Shown here one piece after another: positions 47,911-50,248 of a DNA stretch of 50,248 bases. Below the pieces are notes generated by a model. The model was not told where the DNA came from and made no database searches. It saw only the letters and a list, made by a program, of their open reading frames with translations. Position 1 is the first letter of the stretch, and every line of letters begins with the position of its first letter. Position numbers and translations under genes: made by a program. The stretch is from Girardia tigrina (lineage: Eukaryota): the NCBI GenBank assembly GCA_001938485.1, contig MQRK01217301.1, positions 55,462-105,709 on the forward strand. The letters run 5' to 3'.

Positions 47911-49901
47911 ACATTCTACAATAAGTAATGAATAAAAGTGCTGTGGTATGGATGTGATATTAATAAATTTACGTTAATGAGAAATCAAAACGTAGATTAT
48001 TTCTTTAAATAAATATATATTCTTTATGTACAAATTGTACAAGTTGATTGTGAAGATTATTTTTGAATGGTGTTTATTTTGTGTTGTTTGGTATGTTGTT
48101 TTAGGATTGTGTTTCTCTCACCCAGATGGAAGATTGATATCTTAAATATTTCAAAATGTCAAGTTGTTTAATCAATTATTAAAAGTTAAATAATCACTTA
48201 AAAATTAAACTAATATTTCATAAATAATATTTTAATAATAATTTCTTAAAATAAATAAAAATTATTTTAAATTTCAATTATAAATAATTTTTGTAATAAT
48301 TAAATTATAATTTAAAGTATAAATTATTTTGGTAATGATTAAATTGTATTTTAAATTTGTGTGAATAATAAGACGTTAAAGAATATTATTAAAGATTATC
48401 AATCGAGAACGATGACGAGCTACGCAAGTTTTACGGAGAATTGTTCTAGTGACAATTCAAATTGTGATAATAATAAATGTAAAGGAAACTCAATTAATGT
48501 TCTTAATATTGATATTATAATAAAAATTGTAATTTAAATTCTGATGATTTTGGGTAGACATGGGACACTTAGTATCCTTGCGAATGATTTTAGATATAAA
48601 AATATGTCAATTTAAATATTTTTAAATTTATATGTCAACGCACTTGAAATCGACCGAATTATAAGAGTTGGTCGAAATAGACAAATATGAGAATCGATGG
48701 TTCGATTTGTCAAGATTGAACCGCTTTTATACGTAATTAATGCGAATGATCTTTCAAAGATCAACTCGTGTTCTGACCAAAGTGCAGTTACTAATTATAA
48801 AGTCGCTAAGTCCAAGTTCGAAATTAATTAATAAACTTTATAATTTTTTTCTTTTTGACTCTCTTCTTACTTTTTAAATAAAAATTTCGTGAGTCTTTCA
48901 TCGAAATCTTTTCCTTTTTATACTTGTCTCTAATTTTTAATTATCTTTTGTTTATAATTTTAAAAACTATTTATTTTTCTGATATAAATTTCTTTTGATA
49001 TTACTCTATTTATTTACATTTTTATTTGTATTTATTTTACTTATGTATATATTATATTTATTATTGCAATTGAGTAAATAAATTTTATTTTACTCATTGA
49101 AATTTTTATTTTTATTATATATACTAAACCAAAGGATTTATATTATAATAAGATGCGCTTTTTAGTATTTTTGCTCAATATATAGTTCTGATTCAGTTAA
49201 AAATATAAAATACCTCTTGTATTGCCCCACTTCTAAAATTTAGGGTGGGGAAGTTGATTGGACTTCAAGTATCCAAAACATAATTGATAGCTCGTTCCAT
49301 TGTCGAATATTAATTCCTCGTATATGTGTTAAGTTAAATTGAAAGTAAAGGATAATATTTCGTAGTTTGAACTTTTTTCTAAAGTATTTATCGCTTTTGG
49401 GTGAATTGGTCTTCCTCGGCATCTGCAAATCTTTTCTGTGTCCTTTTTTGACATTGGTGGCATATGGTCTTCCTGAATTTACATAGGGAGCAAAAGTCAC
49501 GTGTTTGACTGACAGTCTATTTTTGATCGTAGTCTTTGAATGATCTGCTGCTTTCCTATTCCCTCAGATTCTAGATTTAGAATATTCCATTTCCGATTTC
49601 TTTTTTGTCGTATTTATTCATGTGCAGAATTTGAATACAATATACTTATAAATGTAAGTGGTCGATTCACATTCGGGGGGATTCCCTTACTCCAATAATA
49701 ACAGCAACTCCAACAATAACGCTCTGTCGTCGCTTGGATATTCCGATGTCAATATGAGATCTCTCCCGGGACAACCAGTCGTTATTCTCGATACCTCTTT
49801 TCAGCAATCAACAAACTTGAATCATTCTCATTTCTCTTATGTCATCAATTCAAATGATCAAGCATTTTCCAGCGACTGACGAACAAAATTGTTCTGCCCA
49901 G

Positions 49902-49950
49902 NNNNNNNNNNNNNNNNNNNNNNNNNNNNNNNNNNNNNNNNNNNNNNNNN
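49902..49950. other. Assembly gap (49 N)
   Basis: N run. Confidence 1.
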
Positions 49951-50248
49951 GAAAATATCAGTACGATCTCTTCCTGAAATCAAACCCGTCATTCAATAAC
50001 CCTATTCAGTATAAATTTCAACCAGTGAAAGGAGATAAAATAAATTTGCTCATTCCTTTGAATTCTAAAGAAAATACACTTGCCAATGTTACAAAAAAAC
50101 TCGTGAAACGACTTATTGTACGTGAGCATAAATAATGGGTTATGAAAAAGAAGTGAAATCTTTTGAAACTGGTCGAGCTACTCCTCCTCAAAGTGCTAGT
50201 CTAAGTCCCAATATTGAAAGTGAAATTGAAATGGACGATTTAATATCT

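Noticed and set aside
1-50248. Species assignment and tRNA/rRNA genes
   Set aside because: No tRNA or rRNA was recognised by eye, and the sequence supports only 'AT-rich eukaryote, probably animal'.

Overview
AT-rich eukaryotic (probably animal) genomic window, packed with decayed transposable elements and containing one assembly gap (49902-49950). The only clearly intact protein-coding genes are two tandem, same-strand paralogs of cytoplasmic-type cysteinyl-tRNA synthetase. One is a canonical three-exon gene (join 18046-19184, 21445-21791, 25521-26371; 778 aa; HMGH/KMSKS). The other is an intronless 788-aa copy (5049-7415) that lacks both introns precisely and has both class I ATP-site signatures changed (HMGH->HIGH; SGCKMSKSLK->[10 protein letters not shown]) plus R->K at a conserved anticodon-domain arginine, while the Zn/Cys-binding residues and the reading frame are kept. 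This apparently specialised second CysRS is the best candidate for an undescribed system. It lies head-to-head with a broken NUP214-like gene. Other host-gene relics are a NEDD4-family C2-WW-HECT pseudogene, a frameshifted SMCR8-like gene and weak UBX- and Mind-bomb-like fragments. Mobile DNA includes hAT/Buster, hATm-like, Gypsy, Penelope-like (plus two minimal hammerhead motifs), RTE-like LINE, mariner, pogo/Tc2, piggyBac-like and Mutator-like remnants and MITEs. All homology calls come from motif recognition by eye, not database searches.
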